From the NCBI GenBank assembly GCA_038213805.1, contig JBBQSO010000132.1, positions 1 to 10,324 of the forward strand: 10,324 nucleotides of DNA. Reading direction: 5' to 3'. This stretch comes from Planctomycetota bacterium. Its GTDB lineage: Bacteria > Planctomycetota > UBA11346. This document shows positions 1 through 7,276 of the stretch, one piece after another. The notes below the pieces were generated by a model, which worked only from the letters and a program-made list of their open reading frames with translations, did no database searches and was not told the origin of the DNA. The position numbers were made by a program, and so were the translations under genes. Numbering within the stretch: the stretch's first letter is position 1; each line of letters begins with the position of its first letter.

Positions 1-466
1 TGACCGATGCGCCGAAGTGGCCGGCGGCGAACAAGGCGCCCTGGGCCATGCCCTGCTCGCCGATCGGGAACCAGCGCGCGATCGCGGCCGTCGCATTCGG
101 GAAGGCGCCCGCCTCGCCCATGCCGAACAGGAAGCGGACAACCAGCAGGGAGGCGTAATTGAACGCACCGGCCAGCGCCATGGTGCAGGTCGACCACCAC
201 ACCACGATGCGCGCCAGCACGCGCCGCTGCCCGATACGGTCGCCCCAGTGCCCGGTGGGGATCTCGAAGATCCCGTAGGCCAGCGCGAAAGCGCTGAAGA
301 CGGTGCTCATCTGGTCCATCGTCAGGTGCAGGTCGCCCATCACGTTGGGCGAGATCGCGGCCAGGCAGGCGCGGTCGAGGTAGGTCAGGAAGGCCAGCGC
401 CCCGAGATAGCCGAGCACCCGGCGCCGGGCCCGCGTCGGTGCCGCCGGGATCGCCGCCGCGGTCAT
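1..466 (-). CDS. MFS transporter, anion:cation symporter (ACS)-like sugar-acid/organic-anion permease; N-terminal 155 codons only, runs off the window edge
   Basis: Hand translation from ATG at 466: [84 protein letters not shown]...[13 protein letters not shown]...RWFP. Shows YLDR in TM1, MFS motif A ([11 protein letters not shown]) and RFLFGxGEA/WFP, typical of ACS-family MFS. GGGAG RBS upstream; 13 nt after the stop of the dehydrogenase. Absent from the ORF track because there is no stop in the window. Confidence 0.92.
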   Translation of the reverse strand, partial: MTAAAIPAAPTRARRRVLGYLGALAFLTYLDRACLAAISPNVMGDLHLTMDQMSTVFSAFALAYGIFEIPTGHWGDRIGQRRVLARIVVWWSTCTMALAGAFNYASLLVVRFLFGMGEAGAFPNATAAIARWFPIGEQGMAQGALFAAGHFGASV

Positions 467-479
467 GGCGCGCTCCCGC

Positions 480-1478
480 TCACCGGACGCAGGTCATGGC
501 GGTGGTGCGTCCGGCGAAGAAGTGCCCGACATTGGCCACGCAGGCCTCGGCCATGCGCCGGTTCGCCTGCGCGGTGTTCGACGCGACGTGCGGGGTCAGC
601 ACCACGTTGGGCAACTGGCGCAGGTCGTGCGCCGGATCGGCCGGCACGTAGGGCTCCTGCGCGAAGACGTCGAGCCCGGCCCCACCGAGCGCACCCGTGC
701 GCAGCGCCTGGTGGAGGGCGACCTCGTCGACCAGCGCGCCGCGGCCGGTGTTGATGAACAGCGCGCCCGGCCGCATGCGGGCGAGCCGCGGACCGTCGAT
801 CAGCCGCGCCGTCTCAGGCGTCGCCGGCAGGTGCAGGCTGACGATGTCGGCTGCCTGCAGCACCTCGTCCAGGGTCTGGGTGTGCACGTCGATACCCATC
901 TCCGCGATGCTGCGGCCGCTGGCCGCCTCCAACTCCGCGCGTGGCCGGCGTCCGCACGCGATGACGCGCATGCCGAAGCCAAAGCGCGCGATCGCGGCCA
1001 CGCGCTGGGCGATCGGACCGCAGCCGAGCAGGCCCAGGGTGCGGCCCGCGAGTTCCGTGCCCGGAGTGGCGGCCCACTCGCCCGCGCGGAAGCGGCCGTG
1101 CAGGTCGGCCACATGCCGGACCAGGCAGCCGATCAGCCAGAAGGTGTGCTCGGCGACGCTGGCGTCGAGCGTGCCCGGAGTGTTCGCGACCAGGATGCCC
1201 AGGTCGCGAGCCTGCGCCTTGTCCACGCCATCGTGGCCGACACCGAAGCGCGCGAGCAGCGCGCCGCGGCCGCGCGCGGTGCGCGCCAACGCCGCGTAGA
1301 GCGGCCCGGCGTAGCGCTTGGCGCCGATCACCACGGCCTGGCAGTCATGGCGCAGCACCGCCTCGGCCAGCTCGGCCTCTTCAGCGGGCACCGGCAGGAA
1401 GGCGAAATCCGCGCTTGCGGTGAAGACGGCGCCGCCCTTCACATGCTCGGGTGCGGTGACCAGGACGGTCGGGATCAT
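480..1478 (-). CDS. D-isomer-specific 2-hydroxyacid dehydrogenase (SerA/GhrB-like NAD(P)-dependent oxidoreductase), 332 aa
   Basis: Motifs [21 protein letters not shown], Rossmann [23 protein letters not shown] (catalytic Arg), LDVFAQEP (Glu) and LTPHVA (His). Confidence 0.95.
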   Translation of the reverse strand: MIPTVLVTAPEHVKGGAVFTASADFAFLPVPAEEAELAEAVLRHDCQAVVIGAKRYAGPLYAALARTARGRGALLARFGVGHDGVDKAQARDLGILVANTPGTLDASVAEHTFWLIGCLVRHVADLHGRFRAGEWAATPGTELAGRTLGLLGCGPIAQRVAAIARFGFGMRVIACGRRPRAELEAASGRSIAEMGIDVHTQTLDEVLQAADIVSLHLPATPETARLIDGPRLARMRPGALFINTGRGALVDEVALHQALRTGALGGAGLDVFAQEPYVPADPAHDLRQLPNVVLTPHVASNTAQANRRMAEACVANVGHFFAGRTTAMTCVR

Positions 1479-1790
1479 CGGATGGCGTCCATGGGGCTAC
1501 CTGCAGAATCAACACGTGACGAAGGAAACGGTGGTCGCCGGCGTCATCCACCTGCAAGCCCCGGCAGCCTCGTCCCCGTTCACGGCCTGGCAAGCCGGAC
1601 CACGCACGCGCACTGCCTACCGTGATGGCGGGTTCCCGTTCGCGGGTCCCCAGTGTGATCTCCCGCCCAACGCCTTCCTATCGGACGCGACCGCGCCATC
1701 CTGCGTCCGCGATCGCTCCCAGGCGTGGGCGACCCCGCGCAGCAGCAGCAGTCCGCGCGTAGCGGCACCATTTCCACGAAGCCAGCGCCC

Positions 1791-2243
1791 ATGAAGCACC
1801 TCTACAACCCCGCCCACGTCGATGAGATCAAGCTGCGACTGACGGCGCTGACGCCGGGCAGCCAACGGTTGTGGGGCACCATGGTTCCGGCCCAAGCCCT
1901 CGCACACTGCAGCGGCGGGCTGGAGATGGCGGTCGGCGACCAAGTCCCGCCACGTCTGCTGCTGGGCCGCCTGATCGGCCGGATGATCAAGGGGCTGGTT
2001 CTCGGCAACGATGCGCCCATGCGCCGGAACTCGCCCACCGTGAAGGCACTGCAGGTGCGCGATGAGCGCGACCTGGACCGCGAACGCGAGCGGCTGTGTG
2101 ACTTGATCGACCGATTCACCACGGCGGGTCCCGCCGGGTGCACGATGCATCCACATAGCTTCTTCGGGCGGCTGACGCCGAACGAGTGGGCGGTGTTGAT
2201 GTACAAGCACCTCGACCACCATTTGCGGCAGTTCGGGGCATGA
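1791..2243 (+). CDS. DUF1569 family protein (DinB/YfiT-like four-helix superfamily), 150 aa
   Basis: WGTMVPAQALAHC near the N-terminus and HSFFGRLTPNEWAVLMYKHLDHHLRQFG at the C-terminus match the DUF1569 pattern as I recall it. ATG 1791 (MKHLYN) is preferred over GTG 1725, whose extension is low-complexity. Confidence 0.88.
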   Translation: MKHLYNPAHVDEIKLRLTALTPGSQRLWGTMVPAQALAHCSGGLEMAVGDQVPPRLLLGRLIGRMIKGLVLGNDAPMRRNSPTVKALQVRDERDLDRERERLCDLIDRFTTAGPAGCTMHPHSFFGRLTPNEWAVLMYKHLDHHLRQFGA

Positions 2244-2253
2244 ACGCGGTCCG

Positions 2254-2853
2254 CTAGGAACCGCGCATCCACGAACCCCAGGCGACCCACGACGACACCA
2301 GGTCCGCCAGCTGCGCGTATCCGGGCGCACCGGGATGCGCGCCATCGCCGCCCGCGACCTGCTCCTGCCAGAGCGTCGACGCGCGCAGGGTCGCGCACAC
2401 CTCGAGGTACGGGACGTCCAAGTCCACGCTCATTCGCGCGTAGGCCGCGGACAGTTCGCCGATGCGCTCCGCTGCTTCCGGGAGCGGCGGCGGGCCCACC
2501 ACCAGCACCGGCCGCCACGCCAGCGCAGCGCCGACGATGGCGCGAAAGTTCGCCAACGATTCAGCCACAGAGATGCGGGGGCGTCCATCCACCAGCACCG
2601 CGTCATTGGCACCGAACGCGAACACCAGCCGTCCATCGCAACCCTCCGGCAGGCGGCGCTCGGCCTCGTCCCGCCAGCGCGCCCGCACGTCGGCGCTGGT
2701 GTCGCGGCGGATGCCCAGATTGTAGTGCGTCAACTCCGGCAGCGTGGCGCGCACCCGCGCACAGACCCGGCCCGTCCAGCCCAGGAACTGCGCGTCGCCG
2801 GTGCCGTTGATAAAGCTGTCGCCGATGAAGGCGAGGCGCAGGTCTCTGGTCAT
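2254..2853 (-). CDS. SGNH/GDSL-family hydrolase (esterase/lipase), 199 aa, no signal peptide
   Basis: Block I FIGDSF, block II YNLG, block III FGAND, block V DGAHP. ATG 2853 (MTRDLRL) has GGAG upstream and places GDS about 10 residues from the start; the ORF-track start at 2925 is likely an over-extension. Confidence 0.92.
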   Translation of the reverse strand: MTRDLRLAFIGDSFINGTGDAQFLGWTGRVCARVRATLPELTHYNLGIRRDTSADVRARWRDEAERRLPEGCDGRLVFAFGANDAVLVDGRPRISVAESLANFRAIVGAALAWRPVLVVGPPPLPEAAERIGELSAAYARMSVDLDVPYLEVCATLRASTLWQEQVAGGDGAHPGAPGYAQLADLVSSWVAWGSWMRGS

Positions 2854-2947
2854 GGGCGATCGCTCCGCGCTGGGCCGCCGCATCCTGCCCTGGTGACCGC
2901 GCGGCGCCAGCGGCCCAACACGCACGGATGGGCGCAGTGGACGCGTC

Positions 2948-3014
2948 CCTGGGATCGCCGAGGTTTACTCGGCATGGAGCCGGAACCGGCTGCGTGCACC
3001 TCGGCGAATCCAGG
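2948..3014. repeat. Long imperfect inverted repeat (extended stem-loop) in the divergent intergenic region
   Basis: CCTGGGATCGCCGAGGT (2948-2964) pairs with ACCTCGGCGAATCCAGG (2998-3014) at 15/17 Watson-Crick positions and encloses an inner hairpin GCATG-G-AGCCG-gaac-CGGCT-G-CGTGC (2972-2997). Confidence 0.7.
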
Positions 3015-3278
3015 AAGCGGCACCTCGGCTCAGCGAGCCCGTAGCTGCGACCCGACGAGAGCGCGACGGTTCCGGATACAGGACGTGCCGATCCGATCCG
3101 GGAATGCCGTTCCCTTGCCAAGACCGCGACCCCGCCAGCACCCGACCGTCAACCCGCACCGCCCTGCGCCGTACCGCTTCTTGTCCCACCTGTTTGCCCC
3201 CGACCCTGGCGCGAGCTTTGGTGTCGGCTACTGTGGTAGCGCTTCCACCCCGGCCCCTTCCGCGAAAGCCCCCTGCCC

Positions 3279-5939
3279 ATGCGCACCGTCGCCGTCCTCG
3301 CGCTGCTCGCCTCCGCCGCCGCCGTTTGCGCGTCCGATGCGCTGCCGGACTTCCGCTTCCGCGTCGAGACGCTGTTCGAGAACATTCCTCAGCCGATGGA
3401 GTTGAAGCTCGCTCCCGACGGCCGGCTGTTCTTCAACGAGTACGGCGGCAAGCTGAAGATCTATCATCCGGATACGCGTCAGATCGTCGAGGCCGGGCAG
3501 CTCGACGTCTTCACCGATCAGGAGAACGGCTTCCTCGGCTTCGCGCTCGATCCCAAGTTCACCGAGAACGGTTACATCTACTGCCTGCACTCGCCCAAGG
3601 GCTTCGAGGGCCAGTACCTCAGCCGCTTCGTGATGCACGGCGACACCCTCGACGTGGCGTCGGCGAAGCTGGTGTTGTCCTTCCCGGAGCAGCGCAAGGA
3701 GTGCTGCCACCACGCCGGCTCGATGGCGTTCGCGCCGGACGGCTGCCTGCTGTTCACGGCCGGTGACAACACCGATCCGTTCAACGACTCGAACGGCTAC
3801 GCGCCGCTCGACCAGCGCGCGGGGCGCGAGCCGTGGGACGGCGCACGCAGCGCGGGCAACACCGACAGCTTCAACGGCAAGATCCTGCGCATCCGACCGA
3901 CGCCGGATGGCGGCTACGAGATCCCGCCGGGCAACCTGTTCCCCAAGGGCACGCCGAAGACCAGGCCCGAGATCTTCGTGATGGGTTGCCGCAACCCGTG
4001 GCGCATGACCGTCGACGCCGCCACCGGCTTCGTCTACTGGGGCGAGGTCGGTCCCGATGCCGGCGATGACGGCCCGCGCGGCTCGCGCGGTTACGACGAG
4101 ATCAACCAAGCGCGCAAGGCCGGCAACTTCGGCTGGCCGTTCTTCGTCGGCAACAACTTCACCTACACCGCCTACGACTACGCCACCAAGGAGTTCGGCA
4201 AGCCCTTCGATCCGGCACACCCGATCAACGCCAGCGTCAACAACACCGGCCTGCGCGAGCTGCCACCGGCGCAGCCGGCGATGATCTGGTGGCCCTACCG
4301 CAAGCCGGTCGACTTCCCCGAACTGGGCGAGGGCGGCCGCACCGCCTGCGCCGGGCCGGTCTTCCACTACCAGCCGTCCTTCGAGAAGAGCAACGGCTTC
4401 CCCAAGGAGTTCGACGGCTGCCTGCTGTTCTGGGACTGGCAGCGCCCCTTCATCCGCTGGGCGCGGCTGGACAAGGCCGGCGACTTCCATGGCACCGAGC
4501 CTTTCACCGGCGCCATCGTCACCGGCAACCAGGCCGACCAGTTCGAGCGGCTGAAGCCGGCCATCGCCGCCGGCGCGACCCTGATCCAGCGCCCGATCGA
4601 CGCGGTGTTCGCGCAGGACGGCGCGCTCTACGTGCTCGACTACGGCGAGACCTGGGGCGCCAACGCCGACGCCAAGGTGGTGCGCATCACCTATGTGCGC
4701 GGCAACCTGGCGCCGGTGGCGAAGGCCGCCGCCGAGCCGGCCGCGGGCAAGGAGCCGCTGAAGGTCACGCTGAGCAGCGCCGGTTCGAAGGACTTCGAAG
4801 GCGCGGCCTTGACGTATGAGTGGCGCCTGAAGTCCGGCGGACCGGTGGTGTCCACCGCCGCCAATCCCGAGATCGCCATCGCCGAGCCCGGCAACTACCG
4901 CGTCGAACTGCGAGTCAGCGATCCTGAGGGCGCGGTCGGCACCGCCAGCGTCGCGGTGGTGGTCGGCAACACCGCACCGCAGGTCGCGTTCGCCAAGCCG
5001 CAGGACGGCGACTTCTACACCCCGGGCAAGGCCATCCCGTACGCCGTCACCGTCACCGACGCCGAGGACGGCTCCTCCGTGGACAAGCCCGGCGACTTCG
5101 CCCTGCGCACGCTGGTCAGCAGCACCTTCCTGCACGCCGACGGCAAGGTCACCGCGGGCGATCCCGGCTTCGCCATGGTCAAGTCCTCGGACTGCTTCAA
5201 CTGCCACGCCATCGAGACCAAGGTCATCGGCCCGGCCTTCGTCGACGTCGCCACCAAGTACCGCGGCCAGCCCGGCGCCCTCGAGGCAACGGTGCAGCGC
5301 GTGCGCAATGGCAGCAGCAAGGTGTGGGGCGAGATCCCGATGCTGGCGCACCCGCAGCACACCGTCGACGAACTCGCGATCATGGTGCGCTGGGTCTACT
5401 CGTTGGAGAAGGGTAAGGGCGGCCCGTCATTGGCCCGCGGCCTGAGCGGCCAGGTGACCGCGCCCAAGGACGATCATGCCGGCACTTTCCGCCTGGAAGC
5501 CACCGCCACCGACGCCGGCCACGGCGTCGCGACCGCGCTCAGCGGCCGCGCCACCGTGACGCTGCATTCGCGGCGCGCTGAAGCCGAGTTCGCCGAACTG
5601 CACGGGCCGAAGGTGCTGGGCACCTTCCTCGGCGCCATCGACCACGGCCACACTGCGATCTTCCCCACCGTCAACCTCGCCGAGGTCGGTTCTATCACCG
5701 CGCGCGTCACCTCGCCGCGCGCCGGCGCCAGCGTCGAATTCCACGCCGGCACGGCGAATGGCCCCCTGATCGCGACCGTCACCGTCCCCAACACCGGCGG
5801 CTGGGACAAGTGGGTCGAGCAAAAGACCGAGCTGGCGCCAAGTGCGCCGCGCACGCGCAGCGCGGTGGTCGCGGTATTCGTCTTCCCCGGCCAGACCGGG
5901 ATCATGAACCTGGACTGGGTGCAGTTCGACGCGAAGTGA
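3279..5939 (+). CDS. Secreted modular protein, 886 aa: signal peptide + glucose/sorbosone dehydrogenase (sGDH/YliI-like) beta-propeller + PKD + Ig-like domain with class I cytochrome c + CBM6-like domain
   Basis: Signal peptide MRTVAVLALLASAAAVCA. Propeller motifs ENGFLGFALDPKF, GKILRI, GCRNPWR, DEINQARKAGNFGWP, DGALYVLDYG (about 3350-4700). PKD motifs PLKVTLSSAGSKD..LTYEW..PGNYRVELRVSD (about 4704-4965). Heme motif CFNCH at 5193-5207 with IGPAF and WGEIPM (Met at 5340). CBM6-like EAE..VPNTGGWDKW..MNLDWVQF (about 5574-5936). Confidence 0.9.
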   Translation: MRTVAVLALLASAAAVCASDALPDFRFRVETLFENIPQPMELKLAPDGRLFFNEYGGKLKIYHPDTRQIVEAGQLDVFTDQENGFLGFALDPKFTENGYIYCLHSPKGFEGQYLSRFVMHGDTLDVASAKLVLSFPEQRKECCHHAGSMAFAPDGCLLFTAGDNTDPFNDSNGYAPLDQRAGREPWDGARSAGNTDSFNGKILRIRPTPDGGYEIPPGNLFPKGTPKTRPEIFVMGCRNPWRMTVDAATGFVYWGEVGPDAGDDGPRGSRGYDEINQARKAGNFGWPFFVGNNFTYTAYDYATKEFGKPFDPAHPINASVNNTGLRELPPAQPAMIWWPYRKPVDFPELGEGGRTACAGPVFHYQPSFEKSNGFPKEFDGCLLFWDWQRPFIRWARLDKAGDFHGTEPFTGAIVTGNQADQFERLKPAIAAGATLIQRPIDAVFAQDGALYVLDYGETWGANADAKVVRITYVRGNLAPVAKAAAEPAAGKEPLKVTLSSAGSKDFEGAALTYEWRLKSGGPVVSTAANPEIAIAEPGNYRVELRVSDPEGAVGTASVAVVVGNTAPQVAFAKPQDGDFYTPGKAIPYAVTVTDAEDGSSVDKPGDFALRTLVSSTFLHADGKVTAGDPGFAMVKSSDCFNCHAIETKVIGPAFVDVATKYRGQPGALEATVQRVRNGSSKVWGEIPMLAHPQHTVDELAIMVRWVYSLEKGKGGPSLARGLSGQVTAPKDDHAGTFRLEATATDAGHGVATALSGRATVTLHSRRAEAEFAELHGPKVLGTFLGAIDHGHTAIFPTVNLAEVGSITARVTSPRAGASVEFHAGTANGPLIATVTVPNTGGWDKWVEQKTELAPSAPRTRSAVVAVFVFPGQTGIMNLDWVQFDAK

Positions 5940-5962
5940 CGCGGGCGGCCGCTGATCCCCTG

Positions 5963-5997
5963 CCGGGGATCGCCGAGTCGCCCTCGGCGATCCCCGG
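5963..5997. terminator. Perfect 15-bp hairpin between convergent genes; possible bidirectional terminator, mRNA 3' stabiliser or REP-like element
   Basis: CCGGGGATCGCCGAG-tcgcc-CTCGGCGATCCCCGG, starting 24 nt after the stop at 5939. No U-tract on either strand, so terminator function is inferred only from position. Confidence 0.6.
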
Positions 5998-6045
5998 AAC
6001 GGACGCCGGCCCGGCACCATCCGCGACAGGATGACTCGAGGACTC

Positions 6046-7191
6046 CTACTCCGCGATGAAGCCCTTCTTGGCGGCCTCATCGGCGATCGCTGTGCGCATC
6101 GCATCGCCCAGGGTCTTCTCGCCGCCCGCCTGCGCGAGCTTGCGCTCCTCGGCCGCGACGAAGGCGGCGCGCGCGACGGCCAGCGCCGCGATCTCGGTCT
6201 GCACGGCCTTGCGCTCCGCCGCCTTGGCGGCGACGGCCGCCTTCAGGCCCTCCGCGTCCAGACCGCGCAATTCCGCGGGCAGTTCATCCTTGGCCACCTT
6301 GGCGAGATCGACCTTGTTCTCCGCGACCGCATCGACCAGGTCCCATGCGGCGTTGCGGTAGCCGGCACCGGCCTTGCACGCGGTGCGCGCGGCTGCGGCG
6401 GAAGGCGCCAGCGAACTGGCGTTACTGTCCTGGTCGGCCTGGCGCTGCGCCATCTCCTTGCGCTCGGCGCCATAGGTGACGTAGGTGCCGTTCAGCGCCT
6501 GGTTCAGCTCCGCCAGGCGGGCGTCCTGGGGCGCGGCGATCTGCGCCTCGGCCTTGTTCTGGTCGATGCAGATGTAGGTGCCCTCGCCAAGGCGCGCGCC
6601 GACGTCCCACTCGCCGGTGATGCCTTCCTGCACCGATCCGCAGTGGATGGTGTTGATCTGGATGCCGTGCGAGACCGCCTCGGAACAGGCGATGCGGAAA
6701 CCGAACTGACCCTGGCTGAAGGGCTCGTTGCCGGCGATGAAGATCAGCTTGAGGTCCTGCGGCCGCGCGCTCCACGCCAGCTGCGTGACCGCGTTGTGGA
6801 TGACCTGCCCGCAGTACTCATCACCACCGCCGCCATTGATGGCGAACAGCTGCGCCGACACCGCGTCCAGGTCGTCGCTGAGCGGGATCAGCGGCTGGGT
6901 CAGGAACGGCGCGTCCCCGTAATGGTAGAGCGCGACCTGCAGCTGCGGCCGCACGCCGTTCCGGCGCGTCGCGACCAGCTGGTTGACCACCGACCACAGG
7001 TGCGCGCGCGCCTGGTTGATCAATCCCGACATGCTGCCCGAATCGTCAAGCAGGATGGCGACCTGGATGAGCGGCGGCGCCTCCGCGGGCGCGAGCGGGA
7101 CGCGCGCGGGCGCGTCGGCGGCGGTCAACGCGCCACTGAGGCAGGCGAGCGCGAGACAAGGGAGGGAGAGCAGCGTGGGGATCAGGCGCAT
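6046..7191 (-). CDS. Secreted von Willebrand factor A (vWA) domain protein with helical C-terminal region, 381 aa
   Basis: Signal peptide MRLIPTLLSLPCLALACLSGALTA; MIDAS start IQVAILLDDSGSM (DxSxS); later vWA strands VALYHYG, GGGDE, LIFIAGNEP, INTIHCG; Ala/Glu/Lys-rich helical tail. GGAG RBS upstream of the ATG. Confidence 0.9.
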   Translation of the reverse strand: MRLIPTLLSLPCLALACLSGALTAADAPARVPLAPAEAPPLIQVAILLDDSGSMSGLINQARAHLWSVVNQLVATRRNGVRPQLQVALYHYGDAPFLTQPLIPLSDDLDAVSAQLFAINGGGGDEYCGQVIHNAVTQLAWSARPQDLKLIFIAGNEPFSQGQFGFRIACSEAVSHGIQINTIHCGSVQEGITGEWDVGARLGEGTYICIDQNKAEAQIAAPQDARLAELNQALNGTYVTYGAERKEMAQRQADQDSNASSLAPSAAAARTACKAGAGYRNAAWDLVDAVAENKVDLAKVAKDELPAELRGLDAEGLKAAVAAKAAERKAVQTEIAALAVARAAFVAAEERKLAQAGGEKTLGDAMRTAIADEAAKKGFIAE

Positions 7192-7276
7192 GGGTGGGCT
7201 CCGTGGCGGGTGGTGGGGCCGGGCGCGGCGGCGCGCGGTCCTGGTAGGGATCTAACGTCCGCGCCGGCACGCGGGT

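Noticed and set aside
17..1625. Plus-strand ORFs 17..754, 465..1625 and 697..1299
   Set aside because: Antisense shadows of the MFS and dehydrogenase genes; Arg/Ala/Gly-rich with no recognisable motifs, as expected at high GC.
1739..1751. Short (CAG)n run giving QQQQ in the extended DUF1569 ORF
   Set aside because: Only about four units and upstream of the likely start; too short to suggest phase variation.
2335..3405. 356-aa ORF and smaller ORFs crossing the 2854-3278 intergenic region
   Set aside because: They overlap real genes, are Pro/Arg-rich and lack motifs or a convincing RBS. A small protein cannot be fully excluded.
3228..5360. 710-aa minus-strand ORF
   Set aside because: Antisense to the well-supported 886-aa gene. 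Strong GC3 bias removes stops on the opposite strand, and there are no domain motifs.
78..6090. GCGATCGC (cyanobacterial HIP1) seen at 78, 988, 1709, 2856 and 6083
   Set aside because: Plausibly explained by high GC and Ala-Ile-Ala codons (GCG ATC GCn). Enrichment cannot be shown without a background model.
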